DNA from: an uncultured Candidatus Saccharibacteria bacterium
GTDB taxonomy: Bacteria > Patescibacteriota > Saccharimonadia > Saccharimonadales > Saccharimonadaceae
Reading direction: 5' to 3'
DNA: 64,000 nucleotides
Assembly: GCA_938036825.1 (NCBI GenBank)
Contig: CALHWD010000019.1
Coordinates: forward strand, 8,404-72,403
The notes below the pieces were generated by a model, which was not told where the DNA came from, ran no database searches, and was given only the letters and a program-made list of their open reading frames with translations. Numbering within the stretch: the first letter of the stretch is position 1; every line of letters begins with the position of its first letter. The translations under genes were made by a program, and so were the position numbers. Shown here piece by piece: positions 36,441-45,976 of the stretch.

Positions 36441-39400
36441 ATGACCTCTCACTCATTACCAGCTTTGCAACCATCGGATTTTGTCCACCTGCACAACCAT
36501 ACTCATCACTCACTGCTTGATGGCTTAACGAAGATTGGCGACCTTGTCAATACTGTCAAAGAGTATGGCATGACAGCAGCAGCCATTACCGATCACGGGA
36601 CAATGAGTGGGGTGCTTGACTATTACAAGACGGCGAAGGCGGCGGGCATCAAGCCGATCCTTGGCATTGAAGCGTACGTTGCCGCTCGCTCGCGCTTCGA
36701 CCGTGATCCCGCTAAAGATAAAATACGCTACCACCTGACTATCATTGCGATGAATAATCAGGGGTACCATAACCTGATGCGACTGAGTACGAAGGCAAAC
36801 CTAGAGGGGATGTACTATAAGCCACGGATCGACCATGACCTCCTAGAGGAGTTCAACGAAGGGCTGATTGTCCTAAGCGGCTGTGCAAGTGGTGAGATTG
36901 GCGAGGCACTGCGCTATGACGACTATGCCAAGGCAGTCGAGATTGCTCAGTGGTATAAGCGTGTCTTTGGCGATCGCTACTACCTTGAGCTGCAAGACCA
37001 TGGTCACCCCGAGTCCAATACGCACTGGGATGTGCAAGCGAAGATTAACGAGGGCCTGCGCCGCATGGCTGAGGAGCTAGACATCCCTCTGGTTGTGACG
37101 TGCGATGGTCACTATCTGACGCACGACTTTCAAGACGCGCATGAGATATTGCTCTGCGTGGGGACGGGCTCATTCTTGAGTGACGAAAAGCGGATGAGCC
37201 TGAAAGACTTTGAACTCCACCTGACTGACCCGCGCGATATCATTGCTCGCTGGGGAAGAGAGCTACCCGAGGCTATTACCAACACCAAGCAGATTGCTGA
37301 CCGCTGTAATGTCGACATTGAGCTGGGTAAAATCCTCATCCCGAAGTACCCATTACCTGAGGGTGAAACGAGTGAGCATAGCTACCTACACAAGCTGGTG
37401 TATCGTGGCCTGGCCCAGCGTTACAATGGTGCAAAACCCGAAGATACTGCTGATCAGCTCCCTGAGCAAATTATCCCCACTTTGGCCGACAGCGTGCGTG
37501 AGCGGGCTAAGATGGAGCTAGGTGTGATGGCAAGCATGGGGTACGAGGGGTACTTTTTGATTGTGCAGGATTTTATTAACTGGGGTAAGAGTCAGGGGAT
37601 TGTCTTTGGGCCAGGCCGGGGCAGTGCCGCAGGGTCAATCATTGCCTATGCGCTTAATATAACCGATCTTGACCCGCTCAAGTATGGTCTACTCTTTGAG
37701 CGGTTTCTGAACCCCGATCGCATTAGCATGCCTGATATCGATGTCGACATCCAGGATACGCGGCGCGATGAGGTAATCGACTACTGTGCAAATAAATATG
37801 GTCACGACCACGTCAGTAATATTGTCACCTTTGGTAAGATGGCGGCTCGGGCGGCGGTGCGTGATGTCGCGCGTGTGCTGGAGGTACCGTATGCCGAGAG
37901 TGATCGCCTGGCCAAGATGGTACCACCACCTGCCCAGGGGCGGCACATTCCACTGGCAGTCAGCACCAAAGAAGACCCCGACCTTAAGCACGAGTACGAG
38001 ACTAACCCGACTGCTAAGCAAGTTTTTGATTATGCTATCCAGCTAGAGGGAACGATTCGCAGCCATGGGGTGCACGCGTGTGGTGTGGTGATTGCGCCCG
38101 ACGAACTCGTTAAATATATCCCGCTTGAGCAGGCGCAGAAAGGCGTGGTGGCGACGCAATTTCCAATGGGTGAGGTTGAGGATCTTGGCTTGCTCAAGAT
38201 GGACTTCCTTGGCCTATCGAACTTATCGATTATTAATAATGCAATGCGGATCATCCGCAAAGTCTATGGTGATACGATCGACCTCTCCACGCTACCACTT
38301 GATGATAAAGCAACCTACAAGCTCTTCCAACGGGGTGATACAACAGGGGTATTCCAGCTTGAGTCGGCTGGGATGAAGCGTTATTTGCGCGCGCTCAAGC
38401 CATCGCACTTTGAGGATATCATTGCAATGGTGGCGCTGTACCGACCGGGGCCAATGCAGTTTATCGATAGTTTTATTCGGCGCAAGCACGGTGAGGAGGA
38501 GATCACCTACCTTCACCCGGGGATGAAGAGCTCACTTGAGAACACGTATGGTATCTTGGTCTATCAAGAGCAGTTTATGCAGATATCTAAGGAGTGGTGC
38601 GGCTTTACTGGTGGGCAGGCCGACACCCTGCGTAAGGCCGTTGGTAAGAAAAAGATCGACCTAATGAAGAAGGTTAAGCCGGAGTTTGTCGAAGGAGCGG
38701 TGAAGGTCGGTGGAGCGACGCGTGAGATGGCCGAGACATTTTGGACGCAGCTGGAAGAGTTTGCTAATTACTGCTTCAACAAGAGCCATGCAGCGTGCTA
38801 TGGGCTTATTGCTTACTGGACGGCATATCTCAAGGCGCACTACCCCGATGCCTTTATGGCGGCCTTGATGACGAGTGACCACGATGACGTCGACCGACTA
38901 GCGATCGAGATAACCGAGTGTAAGCATATGGGCCTGACGGTACTCAACCCTGATGTGAATGAATCGTACGAGGAATTTGCCGTGGTGCCGGGTAAGAAGC
39001 AGATCCGCTTTGGTATGGCAGCAGTAAAGGGCGTTGGCGTGGGCGCAGTGGAAGAGATCGTCAAGATGCGTGACCGCGATGGGAAGTTTGCTACGGTGGA
39101 GGACTTTGCCAAGCGTGTCTCGACGAGTAAGTGCAACAAGCGGGTGTGGGAGTCGCTCATTAAATCGGGCGGCTTTGATGCGCTAGGTGATCGCTCCGAC
39201 CTCCTCTTTAACCTTGAGAATGTCCTTGCTTTTGCGAGTAAATTACAGAAAGAAGCGCTGAGTGGCCAGACCGATCTCTTTGGTAGCCTCGCCGATAGCT
39301 CTACAGAGGTTATGCCGTCGATTGAGCTTAAGCCAGCGCCCGTCAAACACACTGACAAAGAGCGCCTCATGTGGGAGCGCGAGCTGATTGGCCTCTACAT

Positions 39401-40145
39401 TAGTGCGCACCCGCTCGACCACTACGACACGTTCTTTGCTGAGCAGACCGTGCCACTGCGCACTGTCTCACCACAGATCGACGGCCAGACAGTGACGATC
39501 GGTGGCCTCGTGACGCGCTTGCGGACGATTGTGACGAAGTCGGGTAGCAAGATGGCTTTTGTAGGGATTGAGGACAAATCGGGTGAGAGTGAGATTATCA
39601 TCTTCCCAAACCTGTATGAGAAACTTGCTGGTCAGCTGGAGCAAGATGTGGTAATCACTGCCAGCGGCAAGGTGAGCGCGCGCGATCGTGATGGCAACCT
39701 TGGTGATGAAGCAAAGCTAATTGCCAATGAAATCACCGTCGTGACCGATACAGACTTAGCCGAATATCAAGCAACTGGTCGCACGATGTCTGCACCAACC
39801 AGCCCAGCAGCTACGCCGCGCCGCCGGTCATCGGCGCAGAAAAATACCCAGCGCTCAGCACAAGCATCGGCACGTGCAGCCGCATCAGTGCCAGTAGGGC
39901 CGCCGCCCAAACCGCTTGATACGCTCCCAACGGTCTATGTGCGAGTCAAGAACCCCGATGATATGGCTGCTCTCACGAAGTTTAAGCAGCTGTGTACACA
40001 AAACCCGGGCCAGCACGATATTATTATGATGCTCGGTGATGACAAAACGTCGGCGATTCGCCTGCCATTCCGGGTCGACGCCCAGCAGCGATTGCAGGAT
40101 GAGCTTGCACAGATCCTCGGTAGAGACTGCGTTGTTGTTAAATAA
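36441..40145 (+). CDS. dnaE: DNA polymerase III alpha subunit
   Basis: PHP domain (FVHLHNHTHHSLLDG), the polymerase core, an OB fold and a C-terminal Ala/Pro/Ser-rich tail. 1234 aa. Confidence 0.95.
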   Translation: MTSHSLPALQPSDFVHLHNHTHHSLLDGLTKIGDLVNTVKEYGMTAAAITDHGTMSGVLDYYKTAKAAGIKPILGIEAYVAARSRFDRDPAKDKIRYHLTIIAMNNQGYHNLMRLSTKANLEGMYYKPRIDHDLLEEFNEGLIVLSGCASGEIGEALRYDDYAKAVEIAQWYKRVFGDRYYLELQDHGHPESNTHWDVQAKINEGLRRMAEELDIPLVVTCDGHYLTHDFQDAHEILLCVGTGSFLSDEKRMSLKDFELHLTDPRDIIARWGRELPEAITNTKQIADRCNVDIELGKILIPKYPLPEGETSEHSYLHKLVYRGLAQRYNGAKPEDTADQLPEQIIPTLADSVRERAKMELGVMASMGYEGYFLIVQDFINWGKSQGIVFGPGRGSAAGSIIAYALNITDLDPLKYGLLFERFLNPDRISMPDIDVDIQDTRRDEVIDYCANKYGHDHVSNIVTFGKMAARAAVRDVARVLEVPYAESDRLAKMVPPPAQGRHIPLAVSTKEDPDLKHEYETNPTAKQVFDYAIQLEGTIRSHGVHACGVVIAPDELVKYIPLEQAQKGVVATQFPMGEVEDLGLLKMDFLGLSNLSIINNAMRIIRKVYGDTIDLSTLPLDDKATYKLFQRGDTTGVFQLESAGMKRYLRALKPSHFEDIIAMVALYRPGPMQFIDSFIRRKHGEEEITYLHPGMKSSLENTYGILVYQEQFMQISKEWCGFTGGQADTLRKAVGKKKIDLMKKVKPEFVEGAVKVGGATREMAETFWTQLEEFANYCFNKSHAACYGLIAYWTAYLKAHYPDAFMAALMTSDHDDVDRLAIEITECKHMGLTVLNPDVNESYEEFAVVPGKKQIRFGMAAVKGVGVGAVEEIVKMRDRDGKFATVEDFAKRVSTSKCNKRVWESLIKSGGFDALGDRSDLLFNLENVLAFASKLQKEALSGQTDLFGSLADSSTEVMPSIELKPAPVKHTDKERLMWERELIGLYISAHPLDHYDTFFAEQTVPLRTVSPQIDGQTVTIGGLVTRLRTIVTKSGSKMAFVGIEDKSGESEIIIFPNLYEKLAGQLEQDVVITASGKVSARDRDGNLGDEAKLIANEITVVTDTDLAEYQATGRTMSAPTSPAATPRRRSSAQKNTQRSAQASARAAASVPVGPPPKPLDTLPTVYVRVKNPDDMAALTKFKQLCTQNPGQHDIIMMLGDDKTSAIRLPFRVDAQQRLQDELAQILGRDCVVVK

Positions 40146-40169
40146 TGCCGTCCCCGCGAAGGGGGGTGA

Positions 40170-40252
40170 CTCGCGCCACCCTGGGAGTCTGCAGATTGCG
40201 CGTGTTATAAAGAAACTTCGAACAATTGCGTCTACGACCAGGGTGGCGCGAG
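40170..40252. repeat. 15-bp perfect inverted repeat enclosing 53 nt
   Basis: CTCGCGCCACCCTGG (40170-84) and CCAGGGTGGCGCGAG (40238-52). A degenerate third copy, TCGTGCCACCTG, lies at 40317-28. Confidence 0.85.
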
Positions 40253-40388
40253 GCCAGATACTTGCGAGGCGAGCGAAATAAGCTCAAGCACAGGCAAGCT
40301 GTGTGCGGTGGCTTGGTCGTGCCACCTGCTGCTAGTATAACCCGATATTTGCCACAACGCAAACAAAATGGGTACATGTATGCTGCAA

Positions 40389-40925
40389 CTATCCAGCGGT
40401 TGTGAGTGCATAGAGCGCGATACCGGTCGCGACTGATACGTTAAATGATTCCTTCTGTCCATACATCGGAATCTCGATGATGTCATCCACAAGCGAGAGC
40501 GTCTCGGCCGGAATACCATGGACTTCTTCGCCAAGCAGAAGGACGAGCTTGCTTGGTGGCTGATATTGCTGGAGAGAAATAGAAGTAGGAGCTTGCTCAA
40601 GCGCAACAATGCGATAGCCGGCAAACTGCTCAAGGTCGAACTCTGGCTGGTAATCGAACGGTACGAGAGCTTCGGCACCAAGCGCCGTTTTGTGGATCTG
40701 CCGAGTGATCTTTTCGCGGATGTGCGGCAAACGTGGGTCGGCTCGCACTGTTTCTTCAAGGTGGTAGGCACAGTGCGGTGGGGTTGGCTGAAGGGTAAGA
40801 TCGGGGTAGGGAGTGTAGCCACTCAGGATAAGCCGCTGCACACCAAATCCTTCGCAGGTACGAAAGATCGCTCCGACATTGTGCGTTGAGCGGATGTTGT
40901 GCACGATAACAATAATCTCTGGCAT
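40389..40925 (-). CDS. SpoU/TrmH family RNA 2'-O-methyltransferase
   Basis: NVGAIFRTCEGFGV, LLLGEEVHGI and IPMYGQKESFNVSVATGIALY. Confidence 0.8.
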   Translation of the reverse strand: MPEIIVIVHNIRSTHNVGAIFRTCEGFGVQRLILSGYTPYPDLTLQPTPPHCAYHLEETVRADPRLPHIREKITRQIHKTALGAEALVPFDYQPEFDLEQFAGYRIVALEQAPTSISLQQYQPPSKLVLLLGEEVHGIPAETLSLVDDIIEIPMYGQKESFNVSVATGIALYALTTAG

Positions 40926-40982
40926 AGTTATATTATACCTAAAGTGCTTTGGATTTACCCCCTATATTTACCACGAGCTTTT

Positions 40983-40991
40983 TGTTACACT
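40983..40991 (+). promoter_or_regulatory. extended -10 (TGtTACACT) of the leaderless PilB-like gene
   Basis: 7 nt before the ATG at 40999. Confidence 0.55.
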
Positions 40992-40998
40992 AAGAAAG

Positions 40999-42621
40999 AT
41001 GAATGAAGATGAAGTCCAACAACGTCGTCGCCAGCAAGATGAGGCGTCGACCGAGCAACGCTCGCGCATTCTTGGCCTCAAATACCTTGATATGCGCCCC
41101 ATCGAGGAGACACTGCCACTAGCACGCGACCTAATGACGATCGAGGAGATGCACAACCTCTATATGCTGCCGCTGACTGATGGCAATGAGCAGGAATCAT
41201 ATCAGTTTGCCGTTACGACACAAACACCCCAGTCGGTTATCCAGCGGACGCGGCGCACGTACCAGGACCGAGGGCTACCTGTCGAATTCTATTTGATTAG
41301 CCTCAGTGGCTACCGCGTGTTGATGAACCGCTTTGACCCACCAAAGAAGATCGTCTACGATGATATCAAGATTGCCAAAGCGGGCGATAGCGAGACCATC
41401 GCTGAGGTGAGCCAGACACTTGGGCAAGTGAGCAGCGAGGAGGTTTTCGATTTCTTGATCAACCAGGCGGATATGCTTGGTGCGAGCGACATCCACATCG
41501 AGAATGAACGCCATGATATCCGGATTCGCCTTCGTGTCGATGGTGCACTCCACCCCGTAGCGACGATTAGCCGGAGCCGCTACCGCGTGATCATGGGTGA
41601 GCTTGCCAGCCGAGCTGGTGTGTCGAGTGCTTCGATGGAGCCGCAGTCAGGTCACATCCAAAAGGACGTAACACATGGCAACGCAACGCACTTGCTCAAC
41701 ATCCGTGTTGAGACTGTACCAACCATGTATGGACAGGATGCTGTGCTGCGTCTCTTTAATTTCGATGAAAGCTTGCTCAATCTTGATTTGCTGGGCATTC
41801 CGCCCAAGCAGCGCCAGCAGATTGATGAAATCATCAGCCATCCGCGCGGCCTTGTGCTGATGGTTGGGCCAACGGGCTCAGGTAAATCTACCACGCTTTA
41901 CAGTATGCTCAATGCCCTCAACACGACTGATCGTAAGATTATTACACTAGAGGATCCAATCGAATATGGCTTGGCTGGCATCTCGCAGATCCCAATCAAT
42001 ACCACCGCCGGTGGAAGCTTTGGTGAGGGTTTGCGCAGCGTGCTTCGTCTTGACCCAGATGTCGTGATGGTAGGTGAGATCCGCGATGTCGATACGGCGC
42101 GCACTGCCATTCAAGCGTCGATTACTGGCCACTTGGTGATGTCGAGCTTTCACGCCAATAGTAGTAGTGCAGCCTTTAGTCGGATGATCGACCTGATTGG
42201 TGTGAATCCGATTTTTGCCAGTGCTATCCGCCTTGTGGTGGCGCAGCGTTTGGTGCGGCGTCTCGTGGACGAGACCAAAGAGGCCTACGAGCCAGACGAC
42301 GCCACGCGCAGCTATGTCAAGCGAGTTCTTGCTGATATTCCTGAAGAGGTGGAGCATCCTAATCTCGACACCTTCAAGCTCTGGCGGCCAGTACCGAGCG
42401 ATGATGCGCCGTTTGGCTACAAGGGCCGCATGGTAATTATGGAGCAGCTTATCGTGACCCCAGGTATTCAGAAGTTCATCCGCGGAGATTTTACCGATGT
42501 CCACCCAGACGTCATCGAAAAAGCCGCCCAGCGCGAGGGTATGCTCACCCTCGAACAAATTGGCGTCCTTGCTGCCCTGCGCGGCGAGACAACGCTGGAA
42601 GAAGTCAATCGAGTGATATAA
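40999..42621 (+). CDS. GspE/PilB family type II/IV secretion ATPase
   Basis: T2SSE N-terminal domain, Walker A GPTGSGKST, Asp box and Walker B (VMVGEIRD), and His box. TGtTACACT lies 7 nt before the ATG. Confidence 0.85.
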   Translation: MNEDEVQQRRRQQDEASTEQRSRILGLKYLDMRPIEETLPLARDLMTIEEMHNLYMLPLTDGNEQESYQFAVTTQTPQSVIQRTRRTYQDRGLPVEFYLISLSGYRVLMNRFDPPKKIVYDDIKIAKAGDSETIAEVSQTLGQVSSEEVFDFLINQADMLGASDIHIENERHDIRIRLRVDGALHPVATISRSRYRVIMGELASRAGVSSASMEPQSGHIQKDVTHGNATHLLNIRVETVPTMYGQDAVLRLFNFDESLLNLDLLGIPPKQRQQIDEIISHPRGLVLMVGPTGSGKSTTLYSMLNALNTTDRKIITLEDPIEYGLAGISQIPINTTAGGSFGEGLRSVLRLDPDVVMVGEIRDVDTARTAIQASITGHLVMSSFHANSSSAAFSRMIDLIGVNPIFASAIRLVVAQRLVRRLVDETKEAYEPDDATRSYVKRVLADIPEEVEHPNLDTFKLWRPVPSDDAPFGYKGRMVIMEQLIVTPGIQKFIRGDFTDVHPDVIEKAAQREGMLTLEQIGVLAALRGETTLEEVNRVI

Positions 42622-42681
42622 CGCGCTATCTTGCTGAAGAATACTTAGGGCTAATCTGTGCCATGTACTGCATAGCGGATT

Positions 42682-42710
42682 TTGACAAAGTATCATTTTT
42701 TGCGTATTAT
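42682..42710 (+). promoter_or_regulatory. sigma-70-type promoter of the 592-aa orphan gene
   Basis: TTGACA, a 17-nt spacer and TATTAT. 8 nt to the ATG at 42719. Confidence 0.6.
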
Positions 42711-42718
42711 ACTATGGC

Positions 42719-44497
42719 ATGTCGCATGAACAGATTACTTATCCGCAAGAGCCCGAATCACTTCAAGCGTCTGTCATAGACCGTAACCCTGGTGGAGAAG
42801 AGCTTAGCATAACGCTACCAGACAGTGTTGGTAAAATGCTGTCTAGTGAGTGTGAGTCGGGCCTAAATGAACGGCAGTTAGAAGAAGATATAGCATCACT
42901 CAATGCGAGTTTTACAGTCTTTGGTGGTGTGCTTGAGCACTTATCGCTTGTGATGCAACAGCATAAGGAGGCGGCTATAGCTATGCAAAATACTGAGCAT
43001 ACGCTTCGGCAGTGCCACTTTACGAGTGAGAGGTATAAATACTGTGTGCGTCGTGCACTATTGCGCGAAACCAACTCGTGGCATACAACAAATATGCGAT
43101 TATATCCGGCAGCAGCGGAGCGTGCACAGCAATACATCAATAAGCAGCGCGACAAGCTAGCGATGCGAAGCGTGCGCGCAGTTAAGGCAGTGTTTGTGGC
43201 TAGCGGAATAGTGCAGGTGCCAGATTGGTGTCATACGGCTATTCCAAAGCGTACTGAGTGGCAGCAGGATAAAGCTCTACTGCCATCGGCAGCTAACGAT
43301 ATATACCAAAAGTTAGTTCAGGAGGCAGTCGATTGGGCGGTGGCGCAGTGCGAACAGATAGCTTTTGATGAGCTACAGCAACCATGCTACGATGACGAAA
43401 TTGCAATCTGTAAACCGGAGAGTCAACATCTCGATGCATTGCAAACAGAACATACAGCGTTAGTTACGCAGGCTCGGCAGCTTGAACAATCACGAGACGA
43501 GGAACACACAACGGTACCGGCTGATACATTGCTGTCCTTCTGCCACTACCTCACAGAGCATGTACCACAAATTAGCCAGACGCAAATTGCACTCTTACAA
43601 TGGTTTGATCGATCGGATAAGGCGATAACTCATGATATAGCACAGCGCTTGGTTGATCGTCTCTGGCCAAAGAGCGCACAGCACGCTGATCGTCAGTTAA
43701 TTGATATGCAAACAGAACAGATCATTGCTGAGGCGGCTGAGCAGCTAGCCAATGCATTGGTGGCGTACCAACCGACAGCTGACCAGCTAGCAACCCATGA
43801 TTTGCCAAATGTATCTAGCAATAAACGACGCAGCATGGAAGGCTCAGTAGGCCTGCTACCTAACAAGTCGAATCAGCCAGATAATGTCACGTCGCTGCCA
43901 GTATCAGAACCACTACACCTTCGTGCAGAAACCAAACGTGTGCCGCTTGATTACCTTACCTTGCCACACAAGCTTGTACCGTGGCTTGAGGTGGATAGTC
44001 GTACTGATAGTACGGTGAGTTGTAAAGTTGTTGTCGATAACGTACCTGGGGCGCTCGTGGTTGATTGTCGTAGCAAAGCACTGCAAGAAATTGAACGTCG
44101 GATGGATGGTTATCAATCAACTGCATGGGGCTATATAGCACCAAATGTACAACAGCGTCTTATGCATTACGCTCGAGCATCTGTGTCAGACGGTGGCTTA
44201 ATTCATGCTGGCAAATTCACAAGTGTTGATAAAAACGGCGAATCGACGTACCCGCACCCTGTGATTTACAGTAAGGACGCAAAGCACAATGTGATGCGTG
44301 TCTACATATCGAACCTACGTGTCAACCAGATGGACAATACACTTGCAGGTGTGCGTGAACAACTTGCAGCGATGCAGGTGCACGAATTGATTATGTTGAT
44401 CGGTGTCTGTGATAAGCAGCACCAGCTGGCAACATTGGCAGAAATTACTGGACGCTCTCGACGAGAGCTACGCAAACAGCGCGTAGGTAGTATCTAA
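42719..44497 (+). CDS. hypothetical 592-aa protein (orphan; possible RelE/ParE-like C-terminal domain)
   Basis: Own TTGACA-17-TATTAT promoter and own terminator. No TM segments. The C-terminus has MRVYI...LIMLIGVCDKQHQ. Confidence 0.6.
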   Translation: MSHEQITYPQEPESLQASVIDRNPGGEELSITLPDSVGKMLSSECESGLNERQLEEDIASLNASFTVFGGVLEHLSLVMQQHKEAAIAMQNTEHTLRQCHFTSERYKYCVRRALLRETNSWHTTNMRLYPAAAERAQQYINKQRDKLAMRSVRAVKAVFVASGIVQVPDWCHTAIPKRTEWQQDKALLPSAANDIYQKLVQEAVDWAVAQCEQIAFDELQQPCYDDEIAICKPESQHLDALQTEHTALVTQARQLEQSRDEEHTTVPADTLLSFCHYLTEHVPQISQTQIALLQWFDRSDKAITHDIAQRLVDRLWPKSAQHADRQLIDMQTEQIIAEAAEQLANALVAYQPTADQLATHDLPNVSSNKRRSMEGSVGLLPNKSNQPDNVTSLPVSEPLHLRAETKRVPLDYLTLPHKLVPWLEVDSRTDSTVSCKVVVDNVPGALVVDCRSKALQEIERRMDGYQSTAWGYIAPNVQQRLMHYARASVSDGGLIHAGKFTSVDKNGESTYPHPVIYSKDAKHNVMRVYISNLRVNQMDNTLAGVREQLAAMQVHELIMLIGVCDKQHQLATLAEITGRSRRELRKQRVGSI

Positions 44498-44511
44498 AGA
44501 GAAACTATACA

Positions 44512-44554
44512 GAAATAAAACTACGTGGCTTTGTATGCTACGTAGTTTTATTTC
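44512..44554. terminator. bidirectional terminator between the 592-aa orphan and the malic enzyme gene
   Basis: 15-bp perfect stem GAAATAAAACTACGT/ACGTAGTTTTATTTC with a 13-nt loop. Confidence 0.7.
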
Positions 44555-44681
44555 TTGAGTTTACTGTCTCTTGCGTGACAAAACCCATCGATATAGTCAG
44601 TGCTCTACTAGGTTACGTGAGGTATATAAAGTGAGAAGGTAAGATTTAGGAATGTAGACCTTGGCGGGTATAAATATCAAC

Positions 44682-45815
44682 CTAGCGAATAACCTTCGCC
44701 ACAGCCCCAACCACGCGCTCATCAAATGGTGAGGGGATAACGTAGTCTGCTGTGGGTTCATCGACCAGCGCTGCCAGCGCCTGGGCGGCGGCGAGCTTGT
44801 GCGCGTCGGTGATTTTTTGCACGCCATTATCGAGTGCACCACGGAAGATGCCCGGGAAGGCCAGAGCGTTATTGACTTGGTTGGGGAAGTCACTACGGCC
44901 AGTAGCGATGACGGCAGCGCCGGCTGCTTTGGCGCTATCTGGCATAATCTCTGGCACTGGGTTGGCCAGGGCAAAGATAATTGGGTCTTTAGCCATCATC
45001 CCAACGAGCTCTGGAGTCAGCAATCCTGCGCGCGATACGCCAATGAAGACATCGGCATCTGCCATCGCGTCTTCGAGCGACCCCTGCTGCGAGGCATCAA
45101 TGTACGCAAGTAAGGCAGTCTTCTCGGCATTGAGATCAGTGCGGTGGCTACCCACGATGCCTTTGCTATCAACCGCCACGATGTGTCGAGCGCCATAGGT
45201 GTGCAGCAGCTTAATAATAGCAGTGCCAGCAGCGCCAGCGCCGACCACGACGAATTTGCTATCAGCCAGGCTGCGGCCCGTCAGCTTGGCAGCGTTGATC
45301 AGTCCTGCTAGTACCACCACGGCAGTACCATGCTGGTCGTCGTGGAAGACGGGCATATCGAGCTCAGCCTTCAGGTGCTCCTCAATCTCGAAGCACTGAG
45401 GCGCGGCGATATCCTCGAGGTTAATCGCGCCAAAGCTCGGTGCGATCGCCTTAACCGTAGCAATAATCTCCTCTGGCTGGTGCACATCCAGCACAATTGG
45501 CACGGCATCCACACCAGCAAAGTGCTTAAACAACAGTGCCTTGCCTTCCATAACTGGCATGGCTGCCTTGGGGCCGAGGTTGCCTAAACCTAGGATGGCC
45601 GAACCATCACTAATGACTGCCACGAGGTTATTCGTCCAGGTGTAGGTGGGCAGCGTAGCGGGATCATCTGCAATCGCCTTGCTCACTGCGCCTACGCCAG
45701 GGCTGTAGTAGCTGCTAAGTTTATCACGGTCTAGCTCATCGCTATCGCGCAGGCTAGTGGTGATTTTGCCCTTATATTTTTTATGTAGGTCGAGTGCGAG
45801 TTTGTTATAATCCAT
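44682..45815 (-). CDS. NAD(P)-dependent malic enzyme (short form)
   Basis: LSSYYSPGV, VVVGAGAAGTA and GRSDFPNQVNN. The start is moved to MDYNKLA, with TATACT 7 nt upstream. Confidence 0.88.
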   Translation of the reverse strand: MDYNKLALDLHKKYKGKITTSLRDSDELDRDKLSSYYSPGVGAVSKAIADDPATLPTYTWTNNLVAVISDGSAILGLGNLGPKAAMPVMEGKALLFKHFAGVDAVPIVLDVHQPEEIIATVKAIAPSFGAINLEDIAAPQCFEIEEHLKAELDMPVFHDDQHGTAVVVLAGLINAAKLTGRSLADSKFVVVGAGAAGTAIIKLLHTYGARHIVAVDSKGIVGSHRTDLNAEKTALLAYIDASQQGSLEDAMADADVFIGVSRAGLLTPELVGMMAKDPIIFALANPVPEIMPDSAKAAGAAVIATGRSDFPNQVNNALAFPGIFRGALDNGVQKITDAHKLAAAQALAALVDEPTADYVIPSPFDERVVGAVAKVIR

Positions 45816-45976
45816 AAACTCTAGTATACCGCACACAGGCGAGAAAGAGAAAGGAGTAGTACAAGGACAAATAGCTTTTATTGCAATACTTTCGCGCCAA
45901 ATGCTATTATATGATGCATGATACAAACCGAGCAAGGAGCCCTGCATAGCCCCAGCGGTTCATAACACGGAGTGAT

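Noticed and set aside
40146-40388. Calling the structured spacer SRP RNA, 6S RNA, tmRNA or RNase P RNA
   Set aside because: I looked for the SRP domain IV GGAA/AGCA motifs, the tmRNA GGGG...UUCGA ends and the RNase P GAGGAAAGUCC box, and found none. It is left as an unclassified structured element.
41947-42696. 249-aa ORF antisense to the PilB-like ATPase
   Set aside because: It is a shadow ORF opposite the Walker A/B-containing frame.
45816-45947. 44-codon N-terminal extension of the malic enzyme ORF
   Set aside because: The conserved malic enzyme N-terminus starts at MDYNKLA, and a TATACT -10 lies inside the extension, 7 nt before that ATG.
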